From assembly GCA_016745075.1 (NCBI GenBank), contig JADGDD010000002.1, forward strand, positions 2,034 through 66,033: 64,000 nt of DNA. Reading direction: 5' to 3'. This DNA is from Planctomycetota bacterium (lineage in GTDB: Bacteria; Planctomycetota; UBA11346). Below, in pieces: positions 48,260 to 58,575 of the stretch. The first letter of the stretch is position 1, and every line of letters starts with the position of its first letter. The position numbers and the translations under genes are program-made. The notes beneath the pieces are model-generated. The model saw only the letters and a program-made list of their open reading frames with translations, searched no databases and was not told the origin of the DNA.

Positions 48260-49687
48260 ATGAGTAAACTGCGCATTCGTAATGGCCCGTATAATGGCCG
48301 AGAAATCACATTGGCAGAAGAACCTGTGACCGTTGGTCGTGATGCCGAGGCAACAGTTCAAATTTTGGACCGTAGTGCCAGTCGTGTACATGCGGAAGTT
48401 TTTCCAGTTGGTGGCATGTACTTTGTTCGTGATTTAGATTCAAAAAATGGTACACTTATCAACGATACGGCACTTACTGACGAAGAATTGTTGCGTGAAG
48501 GTGATGTCATTAAGATAGGCTCTACCGAGTTAGCTTACGAAAGTGGTATTGCACTCGCAGAAGAAGAGAGCCACGATCGCATCGCTTATGATGACGAATT
48601 GCAATTGGTGAATACCATCGAATTCCGTATCGATGATTTGTCTGATATTGAAGACGAGCAGGATCAAAAAGACAAAGAGGGCCAAGAGGCGCGTTCTTTG
48701 CGGATTCTGTATCAAATTAGTAAACTCTTATCTAATCCAGATAGTGTGGATGCCTGTGCCGAAGCGATGGATTTCCTTATTGCCGCCATGCCAGCAGATA
48801 ATGCTATTGTTTTTCTGCGTCAAGGTGCCAGCAATAAATTAGTGCCCAAAGCTGTGCGGTCGTCTAATCAATGGTCGCAACCGGTTATTGCCCGTAGTAT
48901 TATCAAGCGTACGCTAAGTGAGAATCGTGCTGTCTTAACCGAAAATGCTAAGGAAGATTCTCGCTTTAAGCGCAATCAAAGCGTTTCTATTAATGATATT
49001 CGTTCGGTGATTTGTGTGCCTGTTACCATTAAAGGCAGCACACGAGGTGTCTTGTATTTATCACGTGGTGGTGGCATAGCGCCTTTTCAACACGAAGATT
49101 TAGAGCTGCTTTCCGCTTGCGCCGTTCAATTAGGGCTTTTCTTCATGATTGCAGACCAAGTTGTAGCGCAACAGAAATCCTCATGGGAGATGCTCTGCAC
49201 CTTAGTGTCTTGTATGGAGTCTGGTACAGATGCCGTCACACGTGGTAAACGAACAGCGCAAATAGCATCGTTGCTTTCTCGTAAATTACACCTCAACGAA
49301 CGCAGCCGACGTACGGTTAGGCAGGCAAGTCTTCTCTATCATGCCTGTGCCCTACGAAACAGTAAGGGAGCTGATGGTGCGACTAGTGAAGAGAGTCTCG
49401 AAAAATTAAATAGCTCAACGGTCTTTGAAGGTGTTGCTGATTTAATTGTGGCAGCGAACGAGCGTCTTGATGGCACTGGTCCAGCGGGTATGACAGAAGA
49501 AGAACTTCAAACAGAAGGGCGATTAGTTGCTGTTGCCGTTGCATTTGAAGCAGCGATTTACAAACAGCCACTGACCGCCATCCCAGATGTATTGGTGGAT
49601 ATTGGACAAAACGAAGGCCTCGATCAACATATTGTGACGGCTCTTTCGTCCCTGCATGTAGATGGCAAGCTTATTCAAGAAAATTGA
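48260..49687 (+). CDS. FHA-GAF-degenerate HD-GYP domain protein
   Basis: FHA (VGR..ASRVHA..DLDSKNGT), GAF (IRSVICVPV..GVLYL) and a degenerate HD-GYP (SLLYHA; ANERLDGTGP). Confidence 0.85.
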   Translation: MSKLRIRNGPYNGREITLAEEPVTVGRDAEATVQILDRSASRVHAEVFPVGGMYFVRDLDSKNGTLINDTALTDEELLREGDVIKIGSTELAYESGIALAEEESHDRIAYDDELQLVNTIEFRIDDLSDIEDEQDQKDKEGQEARSLRILYQISKLLSNPDSVDACAEAMDFLIAAMPADNAIVFLRQGASNKLVPKAVRSSNQWSQPVIARSIIKRTLSENRAVLTENAKEDSRFKRNQSVSINDIRSVICVPVTIKGSTRGVLYLSRGGGIAPFQHEDLELLSACAVQLGLFFMIADQVVAQQKSSWEMLCTLVSCMESGTDAVTRGKRTAQIASLLSRKLHLNERSRRTVRQASLLYHACALRNSKGADGATSEESLEKLNSSTVFEGVADLIVAANERLDGTGPAGMTEEELQTEGRLVAVAVAFEAAIYKQPLTAIPDVLVDIGQNEGLDQHIVTALSSLHVDGKLIQEN

Positions 49688-49702
49688 TCTGTTTTTTATT
49701 GT

Positions 49703-50707
49703 TTAACCCAGCCACTTGTCACAAAAAGCTCGTGCCTGTATTTCATCTTGGGTACCTTGGATAATAACACGACCATCTCGGAAACAGGTCGCGGTTAAGT
49801 TATTATCGGACCAGCGAACCAAATATTCGTTACTGGTTACAACATGTGTACCAAGTTGTTGAGTCAGTGCATCTAAATGGGCAATTTTGTGTCGTTGTAA
49901 TTGCAGACCCCCGCGTCCACACAGTACAATATTATCATGAGCCGTGTGTTGCAAATATGGGCGAGTAGCAGCCGTACCACAACTTAAACAGTCAGGATTC
50001 ATCCATTTGCTCATGTTGTGTTGGCTTATGCTGTGTTCCCAAATATCAGCAGAACTATAGAGTGGTTCCATCGTACCAGTAGTGAAAAACTTCAGCGCCC
50101 AACTTACTTGCCATAATGCCGCTTGATGAACAGCAGGCGCAATAATACCAGAACTATCACAGGTGGGGTTATCTCCAGGGCCAGGTAATTCGTCTTGTAA
50201 GCAAGCGAGGCAGGGGGTTTGTTCCGGAAGCATTGGTAAACAACACGCAAAACTGCCAACGCAGGCAGCATAAATCCACGGTGTTTTTGTGGAGTTGCAC
50301 CAATCATTTAATAAATGTCGTGTCTGAAAATTATCACAGCCATCACACACCAGATCAACGCCTGTGAGCAAGGCATCAATGGTTTGGGCATTACAATCAG
50401 CAATGTGAGGCTCTATCTTGATTCCACTATTGTAGTGAGCCAGTTGTCTTGCAGCAGCGGTGGCCTTCGGATGACAGCGTGCTGCGTCATCTTCTGTATA
50501 GAGGCTTTGTCGTTGCAGGTTAGAATATTCAACAAAGTCACGGTCAATCAAACGAACGGTACCAACGCCCGCCCGAACCAACATCTCTGCGCAGACGCTG
50601 CCCAAAGCACCGCAGCCAAGCACGGCCACAGTTGCTTGCTCAAGCCGTTGTTGTCCGCCTGATCCAATTGGCGTGAAGCGCGTTTGTCTACTGTACCTGT
50701 CATCCAT
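49703..50707 (-). CDS. ThiF/MoeB-family adenylyltransferase
   Basis: RYSRQ, GCGALG, DRDFVEYSNLQRQ, DGCDNF and two CxxC motifs. Confidence 0.92.
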   Translation of the reverse strand: MDDRYSRQTRFTPIGSGGQQRLEQATVAVLGCGALGSVCAEMLVRAGVGTVRLIDRDFVEYSNLQRQSLYTEDDAARCHPKATAAARQLAHYNSGIKIEPHIADCNAQTIDALLTGVDLVCDGCDNFQTRHLLNDWCNSTKTPWIYAACVGSFACCLPMLPEQTPCLACLQDELPGPGDNPTCDSSGIIAPAVHQAALWQVSWALKFFTTGTMEPLYSSADIWEHSISQHNMSKWMNPDCLSCGTAATRPYLQHTAHDNIVLCGRGGLQLQRHKIAHLDALTQQLGTHVVTSNEYLVRWSDNNLTATCFRDGRVIIQGTQDEIQARAFCDKWLG

Positions 50708-50811
50708 AGCTGGTATTCTGATGGTGGCCTCATAATTGCCAGTATGTAAAACCGCTTATTGAAAGTTTTGTAGTTGGTCTAGTCTTGAGACAGCATAAGG
50801 GAACTCATAAT

Positions 50812-51765
50812 ATGGATATCACAGCAGACCAAGAACTTGATTGTTATAGCGCGCCAAGTGGCATTAATCCGAAGGCGATCATTGCCATACCGCTGATAGC
50901 AATTATTTCTTTAATTGGGGCATTCATTTACTCTTTTGCAGTGGTGTACATTCCCATTGTGGGTTTTGTTAATGTAGCCGCAATGTTCTTCTACGCCATG
51001 CTCATGGGGAAAACCTGTACGGTTATGGCGAAAGTATTCAAAGATAGAAGTTTATTGAGTTTATTTGTTGTCGGCGGAATGAGTGGCCTACTTGCTCTGT
51101 ATTTTGTGTGGGCAACATTTGTATTTGCTTTTGGTATGCAAAATGATGTGCCGTTTGATTTTGTAGGGCTGCTATTGGCTCCAGCAGATCTTTGGGAAGT
51201 GATATGTGCTATTGGTGAGGATGGTTGGTATAGTGTCGGTGGCGGCACTCCAAGTGGTTTTGTATTGTGGGCATTTTGGATTGCAGAGGCCTTGGTTATT
51301 GTTTTTGCTCCCATTTTATTGTCTGTCGGAAACATCGTAGATAAAGTCTTATGTGTGCCATGTAACAACTGGGCAGAAGAAGATGACGGTCTTGTGATGT
51401 TTGCTCCGCCAGCAGATGAAGCAGTTGTGGAGGCACTCTTAAATCAAGACCGCTCATGCTTAGATCATATGTATGCAGCAGATGGAAGAGATGGGGTCTA
51501 TTTTCGTTTAGACGCACGCCACTGTAGTCAGTGTCAAGACTTGTACACGATGAGCCTTCAACTGACAACAATTACCATCGACAAAGATGGTAAGCCAGAC
51601 ACAAAAGACGAATCAATTGTAGAACACCAACTGATTAGTGAATCTTTCTTTAATGAATTGAAAAATTATACACTACCAGAACGCCCAGAAATAGAGAGAG
51701 AAGAGCAACAGGAAGAACACCTTGAGGAAGATAATGCTCACTTTCATGAGAATGAAGAAGATTAA
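50812..51765 (+). CDS. Hypothetical membrane protein with CxxC pairs
   Basis: About four TM helices; CVPC and CSQC; acidic tail. Confidence 0.75.
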   Translation: MDITADQELDCYSAPSGINPKAIIAIPLIAIISLIGAFIYSFAVVYIPIVGFVNVAAMFFYAMLMGKTCTVMAKVFKDRSLLSLFVVGGMSGLLALYFVWATFVFAFGMQNDVPFDFVGLLLAPADLWEVICAIGEDGWYSVGGGTPSGFVLWAFWIAEALVIVFAPILLSVGNIVDKVLCVPCNNWAEEDDGLVMFAPPADEAVVEALLNQDRSCLDHMYAADGRDGVYFRLDARHCSQCQDLYTMSLQLTTITIDKDGKPDTKDESIVEHQLISESFFNELKNYTLPERPEIEREEQQEEHLEEDNAHFHENEED

Positions 51766-51891
51766 ACCGAGCTGTTTCCTTAAATATATTCCTGCAAATG
51801 TGCTTTGTGCCCATCCCCCTCTTCTTTCTTTTATTTTGAGGGGTCGTTGCATTTGAAGAGCAAAGTACATCATTCTAGCCGGAGTACATAC

Positions 51892-53175
51892 ATGAAATTT
51901 TCGGCTTTTGGTGAGCGGCTCACAGGTCAGTCTGGTATTGTTGAGTTGATGGATGATCTGGGTAATGCTCTTGCTGCAGCCGAAACGGGAGACGCGGATA
52001 AAGAACCAGTGCATATGCTTGGTGGTGGAAACCCAGCCTGTATTCCAGAAGTTGCATCAGTGATCCGTGAATCAATGACAGATATCCTTGCCGATTCTGA
52101 TCGATTTGATCAAATGGTGAATATTTATGACCCACCGCAGGGGGACCCACAGTTTTGTGCAGCAATAGCAGCTTTGTTGAACAAACAATTTGGCTGGCCG
52201 ATAAGTGCAAAAAATATTGCGCTCACATCAGGTAGCCAGAGTTCGTTTTTTTTATTGTTTAATATGTTGGCAGGAACGATGGCGGATGGTAGCCAGAGAA
52301 AAATTGTATTACCATTGTGCCCAGAATATATTGGCTATGCAGACCTTGGTTTATCAGATGATTTTTTCACTAGCACCAAACCATTGATACAGGAAGTCGA
52401 TGATCACGTCTTTAAGTATGCTGTAGATTTTGATCATCTTATTATTGATGAAAGTGCTGCCGCTATTTGTGCATCACGACCAACCAACCCTACAGGCAAT
52501 GTTATAACAGATGAAGAAGTTGCTCATCTGAGCCTATTGGCTAAAGAACATGATATACCGTTTATTATTGATGGAGCTTATGGTTTACCGTTCCCTGGTA
52601 TTATTTTCACAGAAGCAGAGCCGCATTGGGAAGAACATGTGGTTGTGACACTGAGCTTATCGAAGCTTGGTTTGCCCGGTGTTCGTACTGGGATTGTTGT
52701 TGCGAATGAACAGATTATTCAGGCTCTGTCTCAAGCCAATACGATTATGTCTCTCGCTCCTAATAGCATTGGCCCAGTGCTTACACAAAAAATGGTTGAA
52801 AGCGGAGACATTTTATCCGTGGCCAGAGAAACTGTTTTACCATGGTATCGCAACAAATGTCAGCGTGCGCAGGATTTATGTTTCCAATATCTGAAAGATA
52901 TTCCGTGGGCCATGCATAAACCGGAAGGTGCATTGTTTCTTTGGTTGACCTTTCCCGGATTACCCATTACCAGTGCAGAATTATACGCGCGCTTGAAAGC
53001 TCGTGGGGTGCTGGTTGTTTCGGGACATTATTTCTTTCACGGCATAGATCCTGAGTGGCAGCATCAACATGAATGTATTCGTCTGACCTATGTGCAAGAT
53101 GACAAACATGTAGAAGCTGGCATTCATATATTAGCAGAAGAATTGCGGGCTTTGTTTTGTAGAGGCCGGGAATGA
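51892..53175 (+). CDS. avtA: Valine-pyruvate aminotransferase
   Basis: MKFSAFGERLT..SGIVELMDDL, MLGGGNPA, SRPTNPTGNV and SLSKLGLPGVRTG motifs. Confidence 0.93.
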   Translation: MKFSAFGERLTGQSGIVELMDDLGNALAAAETGDADKEPVHMLGGGNPACIPEVASVIRESMTDILADSDRFDQMVNIYDPPQGDPQFCAAIAALLNKQFGWPISAKNIALTSGSQSSFFLLFNMLAGTMADGSQRKIVLPLCPEYIGYADLGLSDDFFTSTKPLIQEVDDHVFKYAVDFDHLIIDESAAAICASRPTNPTGNVITDEEVAHLSLLAKEHDIPFIIDGAYGLPFPGIIFTEAEPHWEEHVVVTLSLSKLGLPGVRTGIVVANEQIIQALSQANTIMSLAPNSIGPVLTQKMVESGDILSVARETVLPWYRNKCQRAQDLCFQYLKDIPWAMHKPEGALFLWLTFPGLPITSAELYARLKARGVLVVSGHYFFHGIDPEWQHQHECIRLTYVQDDKHVEAGIHILAEELRALFCRGRE

Positions 53176-53221
53176 CTGCGCCAACAATGGTGATAAGTGA
53201 AGGCGCAGTTTATAGCAAATT

Positions 53222-53776
53222 TTAATATTCTAGTTCTCTATCATCGTCATTTAAAGCCTCTGCTATTTTGTTCTGAATAGCTTTCTCTCGGTTTTGTTGG
53301 AGTGTAGTAACATGCGCTTCCAATTCAGCTAGCTCTTTGCGGAGAAAAATAATTTCTTCTTCACGTGAAGCCAAAACAAGCTCATAGAGCTCTGTTGCTA
53401 GGCGTTTTGCTTCTGTGCTCCGTTTGTTTTTATTGGGTACGAGCAGAGAGAGGCTATCTAAGCGAAGCCGCAATTCAAATTCATGCAGTTGTGCTTGAAT
53501 GAAACGCGCATCATCGGCTTCATCCTGAGGCTCTTGTTCATCGTTTTCATCATCATAGAAAGAGATAAAATCATAGATTTCCTCTGATAAATCCATTAGA
53601 ACATCTTCGTAAAACTCTTTATCTACTCGTTTGATCTCTGTCAGAATGCTATTTAAAGGTTTGTGATATTGACTAATAAAATCATGAACAGAAGCAGGCG
53701 TATATTCATCGTCCATTTCTACGGCAGAGAGGGTGGTGGTGCATATGCACAGGCATAAAAAATATTTCAGAAACAT
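53222..53776 (-). CDS. Secreted acidic coiled-coil protein (third gene of ECF operon)
   Basis: Signal peptide; helical and acidic; downstream of the anti-sigma gene. Confidence 0.7.
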   Translation of the reverse strand: MFLKYFLCLCICTTTLSAVEMDDEYTPASVHDFISQYHKPLNSILTEIKRVDKEFYEDVLMDLSEEIYDFISFYDDENDEQEPQDEADDARFIQAQLHEFELRLRLDSLSLLVPNKNKRSTEAKRLATELYELVLASREEEIIFLRKELAELEAHVTTLQQNREKAIQNKIAEALNDDDRELEY

Positions 53777-53800
53777 GAGAGGCTCCTAAGAGATTGTGAC

Positions 53801-54262
53801 CTAGAGGTCTGGGTTATTGTAATGGTGTAGGCGTATACGTCGTGATAAAGCTGTTGACCGTCTAAGGACTTGTCGTTCACGTGAGTGATAGTGAATAGTC
53901 TCTGCGTGTCGGCGCATATGAGTTGGTGTGCGAGGTGCTAAGCTGATTGCTTCAGAACGAGTTGTTGAAAGTGGTTGGGAGTGCCACATCCAAGTACTGC
54001 CTAGGCAGATAAGGATGGCAGCAGCAGCAAGTACGTATGGCTTCCAAATAGTATAGTGTGTTGACACAAACTGTGGCCGTAAGTCTTGCACCCGCTTGTG
54101 AATCTGCTGCGGGTTGGTGTGTACCGTATAGGGTGGTAGAGACGCTAATACATCTAGATCAGACGCAAATGCTTGGCACTCAGAACAGTTAGCGATATGT
54201 GCGGTCTGTTCGCTATTGAGGCCATCTGCGACTATGGCCAATTGGACATCTTCACAAATCAT
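53801..54262 (-). CDS. Zinc-finger (HxxxCxxC) anti-sigma factor
   Basis: MICEDV...HIANCSEC and one TM helix; overlaps the sigma stop. Confidence 0.82.
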   Translation of the reverse strand: MICEDVQLAIVADGLNSEQTAHIANCSECQAFASDLDVLASLPPYTVHTNPQQIHKRVQDLRPQFVSTHYTIWKPYVLAAAAILICLGSTWMWHSQPLSTTRSEAISLAPRTPTHMRRHAETIHYHSRERQVLRRSTALSRRIRLHHYNNPDL

Positions 54263-54797
54263 GATGATCCTCCATTTCATCAGCTAACACGAGACGTAAT
54301 TGTTTTACTGCTAAATGCATACGAGCTAACAGGCGATTAACGGGTTGATTAAGGATTTCGCTCATTTCAGCAAAGCTCAGTTCATGGGTAATGCGTAGAA
54401 GATACACTTCACGTAGTTTTGGAGAGAGGTCACTGACAGCTGCGTCAATTTTTTTTGCTAATTCACTGTGGAGTAGTGGCTCATCTGCCTGCGTGGTACT
54501 GTGTAATGGCTGCTCAGATTCACACTTTTCTAGTGAGAGTGCGTTGCGGGGGTGTCGCCACGCATCATGTACGCAGTTTCTAGCAATACGAAAGAGCCAT
54601 CCGCGTGCAGTGCCCTGTTCAGTATAATGTGGGAGAGCTGTATGTACTTTCAGCCACATATGTTGGAAACAATCCTCTGCATCCATAGCGTGTCCCTTCA
54701 TTAGCGAGATGATAAACCGGTACAGTTCTTCACCGTACTCCGTATAGAGCTTGTCAAAAATGCTATCAGTGGTCTGCACAGAAGGTAAACGATTCAT
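54252..54797 (-). CDS. ECF RNA polymerase sigma factor
   Basis: DAEDCFQ, WLFRIARN and LSPKLREVYLLR...LSFAEMSEIL. Confidence 0.9.
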   Translation of the reverse strand: MNRLPSVQTTDSIFDKLYTEYGEELYRFIISLMKGHAMDAEDCFQHMWLKVHTALPHYTEQGTARGWLFRIARNCVHDAWRHPRNALSLEKCESEQPLHSTTQADEPLLHSELAKKIDAAVSDLSPKLREVYLLRITHELSFAEMSEILNQPVNRLLARMHLAVKQLRLVLADEMEDHHDL

Positions 54798-54928
54798 TTC
54801 AATAGATATTAAGTGATTTTTGTGAGGTGAGTAAAGCGGTACTTGTTTGACACACATCAAATGTGAACTTTTAGAATACAGGTCACGTCTAGTCGTTATT
54901 TGCATGGCGTTAGTAAGGAGAGTAACGC

Positions 54929-56635
54929 ATGGCTGATGAAGAATATTATGACGACGAAGAGCTTGATCAAGAAATGCTCGGCGAAGATGCGGATACGGAA
55001 GATTATCTTGAGGAAGACGACAACACTGAGATGGTGGCTGGTGTCTCTGGTTGGACTATCAGCATTATTGTTCATGGGGTTATTCTTCTCATACTTGGGG
55101 CTATTGTTATCGCCGCGCAGTTGGAAAAAGAAAAGCCACCTATTCGTGTAGCCACTTTGGAAGCTCCTGAAGAAATAGAACAAGAAGAACCAGAAGAGCG
55201 AACGGTTGAAGAAGTAGAGGTTGAAATTGATGCAGAGGAAATCGTCGAAGACCCGATCGTAACAGATTTAGATGTACCGGAAGAAGTCACAGAAACAGAA
55301 GACGAAGAAGTTACTGAAGTGGAAGAGCCCAAAGGGAGAGAAGAGGCTGTTTCAGACGCAGAAGCTGGTGGTGCGGCTGCTTTTATGGCAATAGGCGCAG
55401 GCGGTGGAGCGAAGGGCGCTATGGGTAACCGTAGTGGTGGTGGTCGTAAGCGTGCCGTTGGCCGTAATGGTGGTAGTCGCAGAAGTGAAAGTGCAGTAGA
55501 AGCAGCGCTCCGTTGGTTTAAACGGCATCAAAGTCCAGATGGCAGTTGGGATGTAGACGGTTACCAAGATAATTGCACCGATAATCCAAAATGTGAGCCT
55601 GGCACACAATGGACAGATAAATCAGGAGATGTTGGTTGTTCTGCATATGCGCTTATGTGCTTTCTTGGTGCAGGGTATGATCATAAAACTCCCAGCAAAT
55701 ATAGAACAGTAGTTGATAATGGACTGAAATGGTTGCGAGGAGGTTTGTCTGGACCAAATAAGAAAATGGCAGCAACCGGTGTAACAGGGAAATCATGGGC
55801 AGAAATGAGTAATCGTGGACGTTCGTATGCACACGCTATAGCAACCTATGCTTTGTGCGAGGCTTACGGTATGACGATGGATGCATCAATGCGTAATGAT
55901 GCACAGGCAGTTGTGGATTTCTGTGTGTCATCTCAAAATAAAAATGACGGTGTTGAATATGGTGGATTTGGTTGGGATTATATGCCAAAACATCCTGAAA
56001 GAAATGATTCGTCTGTAACAGGGTGGTATATTATGGCAATAAAGGCTGCTGCTGGGGCAGGACTGAATAATACCTCAGCTTCTATTGAAGCCTCAAAAAT
56101 GTATTTAGATAAAGCATGGAAAGCAGCCAATAAAGATTGGGAGAATTTGGACCCGTATGGAGAATCTGAATTTCCATATGTATATGATGCGGTTGTAGAT
56201 AGTTGTCATGTTGTGACGCAAGGGCAAAAGGCAGGGAAAGCCCGTATCAATATGGCACCTGTCGGAGCGCTCTGTTGTGTTTTTCTTGGGCATGGAGCTG
56301 GTGATACGATGTTTGAAACCTTGCTGAATAGATGCGCCTCTACCTATACCCCACAAGGGTTTCCAACCAATTCATATTTTTTATATTATAATACCTTAGC
56401 CATGTTCCAAGCGGGTGGTGAAAGATGGAAAAAATGGAACGGAACAGTGCGAGATTTGATTGTCACAAATCAACGAAAAAAAGGAAGCGGCTGTTTTGAT
56501 GGTAGCTGGGATGTTGGTTCAGATCATGGTGGAAATCATATCGACGGCACAGGTCGTTTATTATGCACAGCCTATTACTGTTTGTGTTTAGAGGTGTATT
56601 ATCGTTATGCGCGTATGGCTGATCTCAAACATTGA
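54929..56635 (+). CDS. Membrane-anchored prenyltransferase/squalene-cyclase-fold (alpha/alpha barrel) protein
   Basis: Acidic N-terminus, TM SIIVH, acidic linker, ALRWFKRHQSPDGSW, GWDY, DSSVTGW, DGSW and LEVYYRY motifs. Confidence 0.82.
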   Translation: MADEEYYDDEELDQEMLGEDADTEDYLEEDDNTEMVAGVSGWTISIIVHGVILLILGAIVIAAQLEKEKPPIRVATLEAPEEIEQEEPEERTVEEVEVEIDAEEIVEDPIVTDLDVPEEVTETEDEEVTEVEEPKGREEAVSDAEAGGAAAFMAIGAGGGAKGAMGNRSGGGRKRAVGRNGGSRRSESAVEAALRWFKRHQSPDGSWDVDGYQDNCTDNPKCEPGTQWTDKSGDVGCSAYALMCFLGAGYDHKTPSKYRTVVDNGLKWLRGGLSGPNKKMAATGVTGKSWAEMSNRGRSYAHAIATYALCEAYGMTMDASMRNDAQAVVDFCVSSQNKNDGVEYGGFGWDYMPKHPERNDSSVTGWYIMAIKAAAGAGLNNTSASIEASKMYLDKAWKAANKDWENLDPYGESEFPYVYDAVVDSCHVVTQGQKAGKARINMAPVGALCCVFLGHGAGDTMFETLLNRCASTYTPQGFPTNSYFLYYNTLAMFQAGGERWKKWNGTVRDLIVTNQRKKGSGCFDGSWDVGSDHGGNHIDGTGRLLCTAYYCLCLEVYYRYARMADLKH

Positions 56636-56665
56636 TATGTGTTTTCTTCTGGGTTATAATCTTTC

Positions 56666-57205
56666 GTGAGCGATATAGAAGCCGAACACAGACAAATGGT
56701 ACTGCGCCTGCTGGTGCAGCATCGTAATGATTTGTACGCATTTGTGTTAATGTTATGTCGTGATCCGCATATGACTGAAGAGGTCTTGCAAGATGCGTCA
56801 GTCATTATTTGTGAGCAATGGCAAGACTACACAGAGGGCAGCAATTTTATGGCATGGGCACGGACTATTGCCCGAAACCTTGTGCGAACAAAATGGCGTG
56901 AACAAAAACGTGGTCCACAAATATTGGATGATGCAGCCATTGAAGCCCTAGAGGTGGCCTTGATAGAACAGCCAGACGAGCAAGAAACGAAACGTCTACA
57001 AACGTTACATCGTTGTCGGCAACGTCTAACACCGCGTGCTCGTACTATCTTGGAAATGCGATACCAAGGGGCTGCTTCTTGCGAGAAGATTGCAGAAGAA
57101 TTACAGTGCAGCAACAGTGTGGTACGTTCTACTCTGTCACGGGCGCGGCGAGCGCTAGCTTATTGTGTTAAACAATCTTTGTTGGAAGGGCAGGTCAAAG
57201 GATGA
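56666..57205 (+). CDS. ECF sigma factor (PVC-type)
   Basis: LYAFV..EEVLQD, NFMAWARTIARN and LSRARRALAYCV. Confidence 0.9.
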   Translation: MSDIEAEHRQMVLRLLVQHRNDLYAFVLMLCRDPHMTEEVLQDASVIICEQWQDYTEGSNFMAWARTIARNLVRTKWREQKRGPQILDDAAIEALEVALIEQPDEQETKRLQTLHRCRQRLTPRARTILEMRYQGAASCEKIAEELQCSNSVVRSTLSRARRALAYCVKQSLLEGQVKG

Positions 57206-58563
57206 ATTTAGATGATTTAATCTCTGCCTACTTCGACAAGAGTCTTAGTGATGAAGAATTTGCTGAGTTGAATACACGAATCATTGAACAGCCAGATTTC
57301 GCAAAACGTTTTTTGGCGACTGCACGTGTACATAGTGATATGTCTCTCTGTACGGGAGAGCTTGCCGAGAGCATCGCTGAGAGTTGCGAAACAAAAGAAA
57401 AAAAACGTAGTCGTATAAAGCAGAAGAATAGCACGCGACAAACATATGGTTCTACCCAGCATCAGGACGTTGTATCACCAACAGACGGCAACCTTTCTGT
57501 CTGTGTGGATATAGCAGTTGATGTTCTCAAGCAAGATGAGCCAATTGTTCATGATTTTCATAGGCGTAAACGATGGTCAGTAGTGGTGGTTGCTGCGCTA
57601 GTGTTTTTATCACTTGTGGCATTTTTTTGGCAGCCGCAACCATCGCTACACATACAGACAGATATTGAAAACCATTTTGTTGGCACAGATGGACTTCCCT
57701 TTGTTGGTGTGTCCTTACAGGCTGGAGACGTGATTACCGGAGATGGGTTGTTGGAATATGAGGATGGAACGACTATCCAAACGACGGGCGGCAGTATTTT
57801 AGAAGTACGAGCACTTGGGCCGCAAAAGAAATTACATCTTGTGCGTGGTCGTATTGATGTTGATGCAGCTAAACAAGATCCAGAATTTCCATTTCATATT
57901 TCTGTGCCGCAGGGAGATACCTACGTTATTGGGACTAAGTTTACCATTGAAGCGAGAGAGTGGCAAACACGGCTCACTGTGCATGAGGGTTGTGTCCGCA
58001 TGTCTAAAGGAGAACAGCGGAAAGATGTGAACGCTGGAGAAACTTGTTTGGCGGATTCATCTGGGTTGAACCATCTCGGAAAACGCTCCGATACAGAAGG
58101 CTTACATGGAGCCATTGCATTTGATGAAAATTTTGAAGGGGCATGGCCGTATCTATGGGGTGGTGCCTATGATGATGCCTATAAACACGGGCGAACCGCA
58201 GTAGAAATGTTGCCGCTGATGCATTCTTCTTTGTATTCCATGCATACTAAAGAAACGGAAACTCCCTTGTTTACCGCCCGGGCTCAGCATCATGTGATTC
58301 ATCTGATTTGTCAACGAAGTCGGCGTGGTGTGGTGAATATTATGATTGGAACGCGGACAAAAGATGGCCAGAGAGAGCAACTGTGGAAGGGGCAATGTAA
58401 GGTAACGGAAAGAAATCAATGGCAGTCATTTAGTTTACCAATTAACAGTTTACTTGAAAAAGGTGACATGCCAGTTGCTATAGATTATGTACAAGTAACG
58501 GCAGAGATAGAACACGGTTCACTGATTGTTGATAGAATTTGGGTAACCGATTCAAGTAAATAA
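57202..58563 (+). CDS. FecR-domain anti-sigma factor
   Basis: ATGA-coupled to the sigma gene; N-terminal LISAYFD..LSDEEF, TM, and VIGTKF / VHEGCV FecR motifs. Confidence 0.85.
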   Translation: MNLDDLISAYFDKSLSDEEFAELNTRIIEQPDFAKRFLATARVHSDMSLCTGELAESIAESCETKEKKRSRIKQKNSTRQTYGSTQHQDVVSPTDGNLSVCVDIAVDVLKQDEPIVHDFHRRKRWSVVVVAALVFLSLVAFFWQPQPSLHIQTDIENHFVGTDGLPFVGVSLQAGDVITGDGLLEYEDGTTIQTTGGSILEVRALGPQKKLHLVRGRIDVDAAKQDPEFPFHISVPQGDTYVIGTKFTIEAREWQTRLTVHEGCVRMSKGEQRKDVNAGETCLADSSGLNHLGKRSDTEGLHGAIAFDENFEGAWPYLWGGAYDDAYKHGRTAVEMLPLMHSSLYSMHTKETETPLFTARAQHHVIHLICQRSRRGVVNIMIGTRTKDGQREQLWKGQCKVTERNQWQSFSLPINSLLEKGDMPVAIDYVQVTAEIEHGSLIVDRIWVTDSSK

Positions 58564-58575
58564 TTGAAGAGCCTT

